Shown piece by piece: positions 39,369-47,376 of a stretch of 64,000 nucleotides of DNA. This DNA comes from an uncultured Gemmatimonadales bacterium (lineage in GTDB: Bacteria > Gemmatimonadota > Gemmatimonadetes > Gemmatimonadales > GWC2-71-9), in NCBI GenBank assembly GCA_963771275.1, contig CAVYSW010000006.1:128001-192000 (forward strand), in the 5' to 3' direction. The notes under the pieces are model-generated. The model was not told the DNA's origin and did no database searches. It saw only the letters and a program-made list of their open reading frames with translations. A program made the position numbers and the translations under genes. How positions within the stretch are numbered: position 1 is the stretch's first letter; each line of letters opens with the position of its first letter.

Positions 39369-40093
39369 CGGATGTCCTTCCGCTCGAGATAGCGCAGCAC
39401 CTCGATGCACATGGCGCGGAGCAGCTTGGCCTCGCGCGCGTCGAGCGGCGTGCGGTGCACGACCCCCCGCACGGTCCGCATCACCAGCTCGGCGTTGCGC
39501 GTCTTGAAGAACTCGATCGCGTGGAGCGTCTCCGCGGCCGAGGCGATCAACTGCTCGACGGCCTCGTGGGTGGCCGGTGGGGCGGTCTTGCGCGGGGCCT
39601 TGAGCGGCGGGAGCGCCTCGCGCTGCACGAACAGCTCGTACGCCGCGACGCAGAACGCCTGGGCCAGGTTGAGCGAGGAATGCTCCGGGCTCGTGGGAAT
39701 CGTCACCTGGCGGTGGCAGCGATCCAGCTCCGCGTTGGTGAGGCCCTTGTCCTCGCGACCGAACACGAGGGCCACCCGGTGGCGCGCGGCCGTCTCGAGA
39801 ATCTCGGGTGCGGCCTCCCGGGGGCGCCGCACGTTGTGCTTCGCCGTGCGGCCGCGCGCCGTGAACCCCACCGCCAGCACGCAGTCCGCCAACGCCGCGT
39901 CGAACGACTCGTACAGCGCCACCCGCTTGAGCACGTCCCCCGTCTTGTGGGCGATGCCCTCGACGCGGTGGGGATCGTACACGGCCGGCTGCACGAGCCT
40001 GAGGTCGCGCAGCCCGAAGTTCTTCATGGCGCGGACCACCGCGGCGATGTTCACGAGGTCCTGGGGCTGATGCAGCACGACGATGATGCTCAT
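39365..40093 (-). CDS. trmJ: SPOUT RNA methyltransferase, TrmJ/LasT family
   Basis: ATG 40093; NIAAVVRAMKNFG, FTAR, VFGREDKGLTN, SLNLAQA. Confidence 0.85.
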   Translation of the reverse strand: MSIIVVLHQPQDLVNIAAVVRAMKNFGLRDLRLVQPAVYDPHRVEGIAHKTGDVLKRVALYESFDAALADCVLAVGFTARGRTAKHNVRRPREAAPEILETAARHRVALVFGREDKGLTNAELDRCHRQVTIPTSPEHSSLNLAQAFCVAAYELFVQREALPPLKAPRKTAPPATHEAVEQLIASAAETLHAIEFFKTRNAELVMRTVRGVVHRTPLDAREAKLLRAMCIEVLRYLERKDIR

Positions 40094-42819
40094 GCGATCT
40101 CCGCCACCACCGCGGCATCGGGGCTCTCGCGATCCCCGCGCAGATACACCCATCCGCCGCCCGCAAGCGCCAGCTGGCCCACCCGGCGCTCCCGCCCGGG
40201 CGCCATCTCGTTCACGCTGAGCGTGAACCGCACGCGGTCGCCCGGGGCGAGCGGGGTCCCGGTATCGCAGCACACCAGCAGCTCGTAGCCTCCCGCCGTC
40301 CGCCGGCAGCGACCGGACACGCGCCGCGCGTCGCCGGCGGTGCCCGCCACGGCGCGCACGCGCAGCGCCCCGCTCGCCAGATCGGGCAGCACCACGTACC
40401 CCTCCCACTGCTCGCGCCCGACGTAGCACTGCACGCCGTCAGAGTGGATGTCCGGCGCCTCGTTGTCCAGAGCGGGGTCCGGCGCGTCCGGCGCGCGCAC
40501 CACGATCTCGTGCTTCGTCACCGCGACCCGGAACCAGAGGGCGCGCCCCCGTGCCGTGACGTCGACGTCGGCCGTGAGCCCCCCTGAATCCCCCCACGCG
40601 CGCTCCGACCGGCGGTAGTGCCCGGGGCCGAGGCTGAAGCGGACACAGTCCGCGGGCCACGCCTCGAGCGACGGCTCCGCCGCGGCACGCGCGAGGCGCA
40701 CGTCCGCCGGCCTGAGCGGCGCCGGAGGATGGGGCGCGGGTCGCTCGACCGATTCCCGCACCGCCAGCTCGATCGCGCCGGACGGGAGCGCGATTACGAG
40801 CCCGTCGTCCGCTTCCTGGAATCGGGTCTCGCCCCACGACTCGCCCGTTACCACGATGCCGCCCGCCCGCTCGATCACCGCGCGCGGTGCCAAGTCGCGG
40901 CTGTAGAGCTGCACCCACCGTCCCGAGCCGGGGGCGCGGCGGATCAGGAACGTGCGCGGATCGCCGTCCGCGAAGTCGGCGCCCGGTGGGCCCGGCGCCG
41001 TCGCGGTGAGCACCATCTCCCCGGCGCGTGGCGCCAGCAGCACCCGGGCACCCGCGGCATCGTGCGGGACGATCGGCTCATACGGTGCGGCGACCTGCGC
41101 GATGCCGGCGAGAAACCCGTAGCCCGTCTCGTGGCCTGCCGCGGCAGGCGGCCGCACGGGCGCCGCCCACGGGCGCGATGCCGGCGCGATCCGTCCCAGC
41201 GGGTGGATCGGCAGGTCCACCGGCACGTCGGCCGGGGCGTTGACCGTCACGACGTCGAGCACGTAGTCGGGTCCGACCACCACGCTGCGACTCACCCGGG
41301 TGCCCTCCCCCACCAGGCCGTCGGCGTGCGCGCGGCACCAGTGCCACCCGTCCCGCTCGTCGAACGCGTCGCACCAGACCAGGGCGGGCCGCTGGCCGAC
41401 ACCCGTCTCACCCGGAGCGTTGTGCGCCAGGGTGGAGCGATACCAGTGCAACGAGCGCTGCACGTAGGAGCCCGTGCCGAAGTCCGCGAGCAGCGGCGCG
41501 TCCCAGAACACCGAGAGGTGCAGGCGGTCGGGGTGCGCGTGCCCACCGACACGGCGCCCGCACTCGACCGACACCACCCGCCGCGCCGCGGGACGCAGCA
41601 CGGCGATGCCCTGCGCCTCGAGCAGCCGGCTGGCGGCCGGCGACGGCGCGATCCGCGGGTCCTCGGGCCGCATCCACAACAGCGCCTTCCACCCCAGGCG
41701 ATCGCGCCGCTGCCGGGCCGCGGGGCGGTTCTGCTCCTGCTCCGCCAGCTCCGTCAGCCCCACGTCCTCGCCCTCGGGCAGGCCGTCCGCGTAGAGCCGG
41801 CCGAGCACGGCGTCGAGCCGCGCATCGTCGGTGCGCGCCCGCCCCAGCTCCCACAGCTCGGCGAACCGCGCCTGGCGCACCGACACCCCGTAGAGCGCGT
41901 CGCCCCGCGCCGGGATCGTGAGATCGGGCAGCAGCGTGGCGAGCGGCGCCCCGAACATCTGCCCCAGGCGCGTTCCGGCGTAGGCGTCGTACCCCTGCCA
42001 GCGCAACAGCTCCGCGGCGAGCGCGAATCCCCGCAGGGCGAAGAAGTGGTAGTTCTCCCCCTCGAACCACATGCCGTCCGCATCGACGCCGCCCAGCTGG
42101 GTGGCGAGACCCGAGGGCCCCAGCCGTCCACGGGCGCCGAGCCGCTGCTCCCCGAGCCAGCCACCCGCCGCGACCAGCGCCGCGTTGTTCCACACCTGGC
42201 GATTCGACCACCCCTCGTCGAAGGTGGCGATCAGGCCGGCGGATTCCCGCGCCATCTCCCGCACGGCGTCCCATTCCCGCGCCGACAGCCGCCCCGGCGC
42301 GCTGCTCTCGAGCAGCGCCGCCGCGCACGTCACCTGCACCAGCCAGATGGACTCGAGATAGGTGGAAAAGAACAGGCGGGTGGGACCCAGCACGTTGTCG
42401 GCGTTGGGGTAGCTGCGATACCGGTCGGCGTAGCCCGTCAGGATCCGCGCCGCGCCGGCGGAGAGGTCGTCCCGCCCGAGCAGCGCCCCGAGCAGGGCGC
42501 CGTGCACGGCGCGCTCGCTGAGCCAGATCTGGTAGCGCGTGATCCACGCCCGGTGGTGGCGCTCGCCGGTGTAGGTCACGCCGCACCGCGCGCAGCGGTG
42601 CGCGTGCGGCGCGTAGGGGTGGAACTCGAGTCGCGCGCCGTCGGCGGGGCACACCCCCCCGTCGCGCGAGAGCAGCGCCTTGGCCTCGGGGAAATACACC
42701 GGCTCATCGCGCAGCCTCTCGAGGCGGCGCGCGAGCCGCGCCGCGAGCCGCGCCAGCACGGGATGCCGTTCCAGCGCGCCGCGGCGCGCGGCAAGCTCAG
42801 CCGCGATCGTCTGGAGCAT
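40090..42819 (-). CDS. Heparinase II/III-like (oligo-uronate) lyase with C-terminal CBM9/DOMON-like domain
   Basis: WSNRQVWNN, GMWFEGENYHFF, GGHAHPDRL, WYRSTLAHN; N-terminal CPxD...CxxC; C-terminal DIHSDGVQ. No signal peptide. Confidence 0.75.
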   Translation of the reverse strand: MLQTIAAELAARRGALERHPVLARLAARLARRLERLRDEPVYFPEAKALLSRDGGVCPADGARLEFHPYAPHAHRCARCGVTYTGERHHRAWITRYQIWLSERAVHGALLGALLGRDDLSAGAARILTGYADRYRSYPNADNVLGPTRLFFSTYLESIWLVQVTCAAALLESSAPGRLSAREWDAVREMARESAGLIATFDEGWSNRQVWNNAALVAAGGWLGEQRLGARGRLGPSGLATQLGGVDADGMWFEGENYHFFALRGFALAAELLRWQGYDAYAGTRLGQMFGAPLATLLPDLTIPARGDALYGVSVRQARFAELWELGRARTDDARLDAVLGRLYADGLPEGEDVGLTELAEQEQNRPAARQRRDRLGWKALLWMRPEDPRIAPSPAASRLLEAQGIAVLRPAARRVVSVECGRRVGGHAHPDRLHLSVFWDAPLLADFGTGSYVQRSLHWYRSTLAHNAPGETGVGQRPALVWCDAFDERDGWHWCRAHADGLVGEGTRVSRSVVVGPDYVLDVVTVNAPADVPVDLPIHPLGRIAPASRPWAAPVRPPAAAGHETGYGFLAGIAQVAAPYEPIVPHDAAGARVLLAPRAGEMVLTATAPGPPGADFADGDPRTFLIRRAPGSGRWVQLYSRDLAPRAVIERAGGIVVTGESWGETRFQEADDGLVIALPSGAIELAVRESVERPAPHPPAPLRPADVRLARAAAEPSLEAWPADCVRFSLGPGHYRRSERAWGDSGGLTADVDVTARGRALWFRVAVTKHEIVVRAPDAPDPALDNEAPDIHSDGVQCYVGREQWEGYVVLPDLASGALRVRAVAGTAGDARRVSGRCRRTAGGYELLVCCDTGTPLAPGDRVRFTLSVNEMAPGRERRVGQLALAGGGWVYLRGDRESPDAAVVAEIA

Positions 42820-43840
42820 GGTCGTGCGAGACCTGAACGCCGCCGAAATCGAACGCCGCGGACAGCACGCGCGCCCCCGCCCGCCGCACGGCCCGCTCGA
42901 CGACGGTGCGTTCCCCCGGGGGCGCCACGATCAGGAGGCAGCCACCGGCGCCGGCGCCGGTCGCCTTGAGTCCCCATGCGCCGGCGGCGCGGGCCGCCGT
43001 TTCCACGCGCCGCACCGCCGGGGTCGCGATGGTGGCGTCGAGCCGCTGCTGGTGCCGCCAGTTTTCGTCCACGACCTCCGCCAACGCACGCCAATCGCCG
43101 GCCGCGAGCGCCCGCGCCGCCACCGGGCCCAGATCGCGCATCGCGCGGAGCGCGGCGACCACCTCGGGCCGGCCGGCGCGATACGCGCCCCACACGCGAC
43201 CGTGCGTTTGCGACGAGAAGTGCGACTCACCGGTGAATGCGATCACCACCATCGCCTCCAGCTCCGCCACGTGATCCAGGCCGGGCCGGATGGGGTGGAC
43301 GGCCACCCCGTCCCCGGAGAACACGAGCTCCTGCCAGCCGCCGAGCGCGCCAGCGTACTGGTCCTGGCGCCCGCCCGCGAGCCTGAGCTCGCCCGCCTCG
43401 AGCTGGAAGCCGAGCTCCGCCAGCTCTTCGCGGGTGTGGCGCTCCCCGCGCAGCGCGGCGAGCGCCGCCACGAGCGCCACGTCGAGCGCGCCGGACGCTC
43501 CCAGCCCCGATCCCGGCGGGACGTCCGCACGCGTGAGCAGCTCGATCCCGCCAGTCACCGGCAGCATGTTGAGCGCCGCCTTGTGCAGGTCGAGCCGCCC
43601 GTCGTACGTGAGCTCGGCCGCGTGGCGCACGACCAGCCGCTGCGCGAGATCCTCGGCATGGAGCCTGATGGTGCCGCCGCCCGCGATGCACTCGACGCGG
43701 GCGTAGAGCGTGATCGCGGCATTCACGACGACGCCGCCCTCCGTGGCGGCGAACAGGGGTACATCGGACCACCCGCCGGCGAAGTCGATCCGCACCGGGG
43801 CGTGGGCCCGGACGCGCTGTGAACCCGCGTGCCGCATCAT
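42797..43840 (-). CDS. GHMP-family sugar kinase (HddA/fucokinase-like)
   Basis: ATG 43840; APVRIDFAGGWSD, PPGSGLGASG, GRQDQY, KATGAGAGGC. Confidence 0.9.
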   Translation of the reverse strand: MMRHAGSQRVRAHAPVRIDFAGGWSDVPLFAATEGGVVVNAAITLYARVECIAGGGTIRLHAEDLAQRLVVRHAAELTYDGRLDLHKAALNMLPVTGGIELLTRADVPPGSGLGASGALDVALVAALAALRGERHTREELAELGFQLEAGELRLAGGRQDQYAGALGGWQELVFSGDGVAVHPIRPGLDHVAELEAMVVIAFTGESHFSSQTHGRVWGAYRAGRPEVVAALRAMRDLGPVAARALAAGDWRALAEVVDENWRHQQRLDATIATPAVRRVETAARAAGAWGLKATGAGAGGCLLIVAPPGERTVVERAVRRAGARVLSAAFDFGGVQVSHDHAPDDRG

Positions 43841-45450
43841 GGGGGATCCTGCGCGGCGGCGGGCCGGCCGGCCACCCGCCAGCTCGCGACGGACACCAGC
43901 TCGCCGCGTAGATCCATGCCCACATCCTGGAGCCGGCGACTGAGGCCCTGGACCCCACGGGCGTGATAGATCCAGGCGGTGGGCTCGCCGCGCGCGAGCG
44001 CGCGCTGCACGTCGTGCCACGCATCGACCAGCGCCGTCACGTCCTGGGCCCGCTTCACCCGTTCGAACGCCGCGGCCAGCTCCGCGCTGTGATACCCGGG
44101 ATACGCCAGCGGGCCGTCCCCGTCGTACATCGCCGCGACGTGGCCGAGCGCGAGGTCGCCCGGGACGCCCGTCACGAGGGCATCGAAGTCGCGTGCCGGT
44201 CCCTGGGCCGTCGCGAGAAACGTCGCGAGCTCGCGCTGGCGGATTCGCGCCTCGACGCCGATCCCCCGCCACTCGGCCTGGAGCATCTGCTCCAGCGCCA
44301 TGTCCCCGCTCCCCACGCTCAGGAGGTCGAACGCCAGGCGCGTGCCGGAGCGCACCCGCACGCCATCCGGTCCCGGCATCCAGCCGGCCGCCTCGAGCAG
44401 CCGGATCGCCGCGGCGGTGTCGTGCGGCACCGGCGGCACGGGCTCGTACCACGGGTGCTCCGCACTCACGGGGCCTGCCGCCGCCGTGCCGAACCCGTAG
44501 AGGTACGCGTCGACGATCACCCGCCGATCGATCGCGAGCGACAACGCGCGCCGCACCGCCAGCTCGTCGAACGGCGCCCGGCGGAGGTTGAACACCACGC
44601 CGTAGGCAAGCAGCAACGGATAGTCGAGCACGCGGAGCTGCGGGTCACGCCGGACGAACGCGGCGTGCGGCGGGCTGATCCCCGCGACGTCGAGCTCGCC
44701 CGACGTGAGCGCGGCGAGCTTGGTGATCGGCTCGTTCACGATCGCCACCACGAGCCGGTCGATGGCGGCCCGGCCGAGGTCCGTCGGGAAGTCCGCGCGA
44801 CGCCGGAACACCCACCGCTGGTTGGGCCGATGCTCCACAAACGCGAACGGACCGTTCCCGACCGGCGCGGCATTGAACGGCGCCGCGCGAATCGCGGCAG
44901 CTTCGACACCCCGGAAGCGGTGGGCGGGCAGGATCGCGAGATCGGTGAGCACGTCCGGGAACACCGGCTGGGCGGCCGCGAACCCCAGGGTCACTGTAAA
45001 GGAGTCGACGCGCACCACCCGCTCCAGTGCCGCCAGCTCGGCGGCGCGGGGGTAGGCGACCGCCGGATCGCGCGCCCGCTCGATGGTCCACACGACGTCG
45101 TCCGCCGTGGTCGGCACGCCGTCGTGCCACGGCACGTCGTGCCGCAGGTGCAGCGTGAGCAGCCGACGGCCGTCACTCCAGTCCCAGGCCGCCAGCCGCG
45201 GCCGCGGCACGAGCGTCGAGTCGTATGCGGCGATCGTGAGGAACAACACGTGCTTCTGCACCTGCTTGGCGAACGGGTGCACGGCAATCAGCGGGTTGAT
45301 CGACTGGAGCTCCGCACCGGAGGCCACGAGGACGGTAGCCCTGCCCCCCTGCCCCTCTGCCCCGCAGGCGCAGAGGAGCAGGGGGGGCAGGAGATGGAGC
45401 AGACACTGCCTCCTTGACGGGCGTCCGGGCCTCGGGGCAGCCTTCACCAT
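43837..45450 (-). CDS. ABC transporter family-5 (Opp/Dpp-type) substrate-binding lipoprotein; start uncertain
   Basis: Lipobox LCAC; WHDGVPTTADDV, PVGNGPF, VRRALSLAIDR, LLEAAGW. Confidence 0.85.
   Translation of the reverse strand: MVKAAPRPGRPSRRQCLLHLLPPLLLCACGAEGQGGRATVLVASGAELQSINPLIAVHPFAKQVQKHVLFLTIAAYDSTLVPRPRLAAWDWSDGRRLLTLHLRHDVPWHDGVPTTADDVVWTIERARDPAVAYPRAAELAALERVVRVDSFTVTLGFAAAQPVFPDVLTDLAILPAHRFRGVEAAAIRAAPFNAAPVGNGPFAFVEHRPNQRWVFRRRADFPTDLGRAAIDRLVVAIVNEPITKLAALTSGELDVAGISPPHAAFVRRDPQLRVLDYPLLLAYGVVFNLRRAPFDELAVRRALSLAIDRRVIVDAYLYGFGTAAAGPVSAEHPWYEPVPPVPHDTAAAIRLLEAAGWMPGPDGVRVRSGTRLAFDLLSVGSGDMALEQMLQAEWRGIGVEARIRQRELATFLATAQGPARDFDALVTGVPGDLALGHVAAMYDGDGPLAYPGYHSAELAAAFERVKRAQDVTALVDAWHDVQRALARGEPTAWIYHARGVQGLSRRLQDVGMDLRGELVSVASWRVAGRPAAAQDPP
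45339..45402. repeat. Inverted octamer repeats inside the signal-peptide coding region of the binding protein
   Basis: CCCTGCCC CCCTGCCC CTCTGCCC followed by AGGCGCAG AGGAGCAG GGGGGGCAG. Confidence 0.5.
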
Positions 45451-46444
45451 GCTTCGTCGCGTGTCGCTGCGCCTCCTCGCCGGTCTCGGTCTGGTGCTCG
45501 TCGTCGTCACCGTCACCTTCGTGCTGCTCAATCTCGCCCCCGGCGACCCGGCGCGCCTGTGGGTCGGGCCGGGAGCGGATGCCGCGGCGCTCGACGCGGC
45601 GCGGCACGCGCTCGGGCTCGATCGACCGCTGCTCGTGCGCTACGTGTCCTGGCTCGCGGCGTTCGCGCGGGGTGAATGGGGCACGAGCTTCGCCCAGCAG
45701 CGCCCCGTCGCCCGCGTGCTGGCGGACGCCGTTCCCTACACCCTGCTCCTCTCGACCGCGTCCCTGCTGGTCACCTACGTCGGGGGGATAATCGTCGGAT
45801 TGTTGCAGGCGGTAAAGCGGGCGCGCGCCGTGGACACCGCGCTCACGGTCGCCACACAGGTCGTCTACGGCATGCCCGCCTACTGGTTGGCGCTCATGCT
45901 CGTGCTGGTCTTCACCTACGGCGCGGCCCGGTACGGCTGGCCGGCCTGGCTGCAGTTGCCGGCGTTCGGGGTAGCCGGGCTGGACGCCGACTTCCTCTCC
46001 CCCGCGGCCCGCCTGCTTGACCGGCTGCGCCACCTCGCGCTGCCGCTGATCACGCTGGGGTTGATCGGCGTCGCCGGCACCGCACGCTACGTGCGGGGCG
46101 CCGTGCTCGACGTCTTGGGACTCGAGTACGTTCGCGCCGCGCGGGCCAAAGGGCTCGCTGGCACGCGGGTGCTGGGCCGCCACGTCCTGCGCAACGCCCT
46201 GATCCCGGTGATCACCCTGCTCGGCCTCTCGCTGCCGGCGCTATTCTCGGGCACCGTGTTCGTCGAGGTGATCTTTGCCTGGCCCGGCATGGGACGCGAG
46301 CTGGTGGCCGCCGTCGCGGCGCGGGACTATCCCGTGGTCATGGCGGCGACCGCGATCTTCGGGGCACTGGTGATCGTCGGCAACCTGCTCGCCGACCTGC
46401 TGTACGCCGTCGCCGATCCGCGGCTCCGGAGTCGCAGGGCATGA
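45449..46444 (+). CDS. dppB: ABC transporter permease, DppB/OppB type
   Basis: ATG 45449 (MLRRVSLRLL...LAPGDPA); GLDRP, EYVRAARAKG, RNAL, FAWPGMG, RDYPVV. Confidence 0.9.
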   Translation: MLRRVSLRLLAGLGLVLVVVTVTFVLLNLAPGDPARLWVGPGADAAALDAARHALGLDRPLLVRYVSWLAAFARGEWGTSFAQQRPVARVLADAVPYTLLLSTASLLVTYVGGIIVGLLQAVKRARAVDTALTVATQVVYGMPAYWLALMLVLVFTYGAARYGWPAWLQLPAFGVAGLDADFLSPAARLLDRLRHLALPLITLGLIGVAGTARYVRGAVLDVLGLEYVRAARAKGLAGTRVLGRHVLRNALIPVITLLGLSLPALFSGTVFVEVIFAWPGMGRELVAAVAARDYPVVMAATAIFGALVIVGNLLADLLYAVADPRLRSRRA

Positions 46445-47301
46445 CGCTGCGCCGCGCGCTGCGCGATCGGCGGCTCGCCGTTGGCGGCGCGGTCCTCCTG
46501 CTGCTCGGACTGGTGGCACTGGCCGCCCCGTGGCTCGCCCCGCACGACCCGCTCGCGCAACCCGACATCCTGCGGACGCGCTACCTTGGCCCGCTCACGC
46601 ATGGACCGGACGGCGTGATCCGCTGGCTCGGCACCGATCAGCTGGGGCGCGACCTGCTGAGCCGGCTGGTGTTCGGCGCGCGGGTCTCGCTCTCGGTGGG
46701 CGCCCTGGCCGCGCTGCTCGCGGCCGCACTGGGCATCGCCGTGGGTGGCACGGCCGCGGTCGCGCGGGGTCCCGTCGAGCGCGCGCTCATGACGTTGACG
46801 GACGCGGCGCTCGCGCTGCCGCGCATCGTGCTGCTGCTGGCCCTCGTCGCCTTGCTGGAACCGAGTCTCCCACTCGTGGTGCTCGTGCTGGGGGTGACGG
46901 GCTGGATGCCGGTCGCGCGGCTCGCGCGGGCGGAGATGCTGGCGGTGCTCGGCCGCCCCTATGCCGAGGCCGCGCGCGCCGCCGGCGCCGGCGGATGGCG
47001 CCTGTTTTGGCACCATCTGCTGCCCAACGCGGCCACCCCACTCATCGTCGCGACGGCGCTGGGCGTCGGCAACGCGATCACGCTGGAAGCGGGGCTGTCG
47101 TTCCTCGGCCTGGGCGTGCCGTCGCCCACGCCGTCCTGGGGCAACATGATCGCGAGCGGGCGGGACGCCCTGGTGCAGGCGCCGTGGATCGCCATACTGC
47201 CGGGCCTGGCCATCGCGGCGGCGGTGGTGGGATGTAATCTGGTCGGTGATGCCCTGCGGGATCTGCTGGACCCCACGGTGGGCGACACGTATGGCGTGTA
47301 G
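46441..47301 (+). CDS. dppC: ABC transporter permease, DppC/OppC type
   Basis: LGTDQLGRD, GARVSL, EAARAAGA, HLLPN, EAGLSFLGLG, PSWG, GDALRD. Confidence 0.92.
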   Translation: MTLRRALRDRRLAVGGAVLLLLGLVALAAPWLAPHDPLAQPDILRTRYLGPLTHGPDGVIRWLGTDQLGRDLLSRLVFGARVSLSVGALAALLAAALGIAVGGTAAVARGPVERALMTLTDAALALPRIVLLLALVALLEPSLPLVVLVLGVTGWMPVARLARAEMLAVLGRPYAEAARAAGAGGWRLFWHHLLPNAATPLIVATALGVGNAITLEAGLSFLGLGVPSPTPSWGNMIASGRDALVQAPWIAILPGLAIAAAVVGCNLVGDALRDLLDPTVGDTYGV

Positions 47302-47376
47302 CGTGCAGCGTGCAGCGTATGGCGCGTGGATCGGGGAAACACGCTGCACCCTGAACGCTGCACGCTGCACGTTCTA
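47288..47376. repeat. Inverted heptamer array (CGTGCAG)n / (CTGCACG)n between convergent genes; possible bidirectional terminator
   Basis: Six CGT(G/A)NNG-like units at 47288-47329 and four CTG(C/A)AC(C/G) units at 47344-47371. One arm contains the dppC TAG, the other ends 2 nt from the GH38 TAG. Confidence 0.8.
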
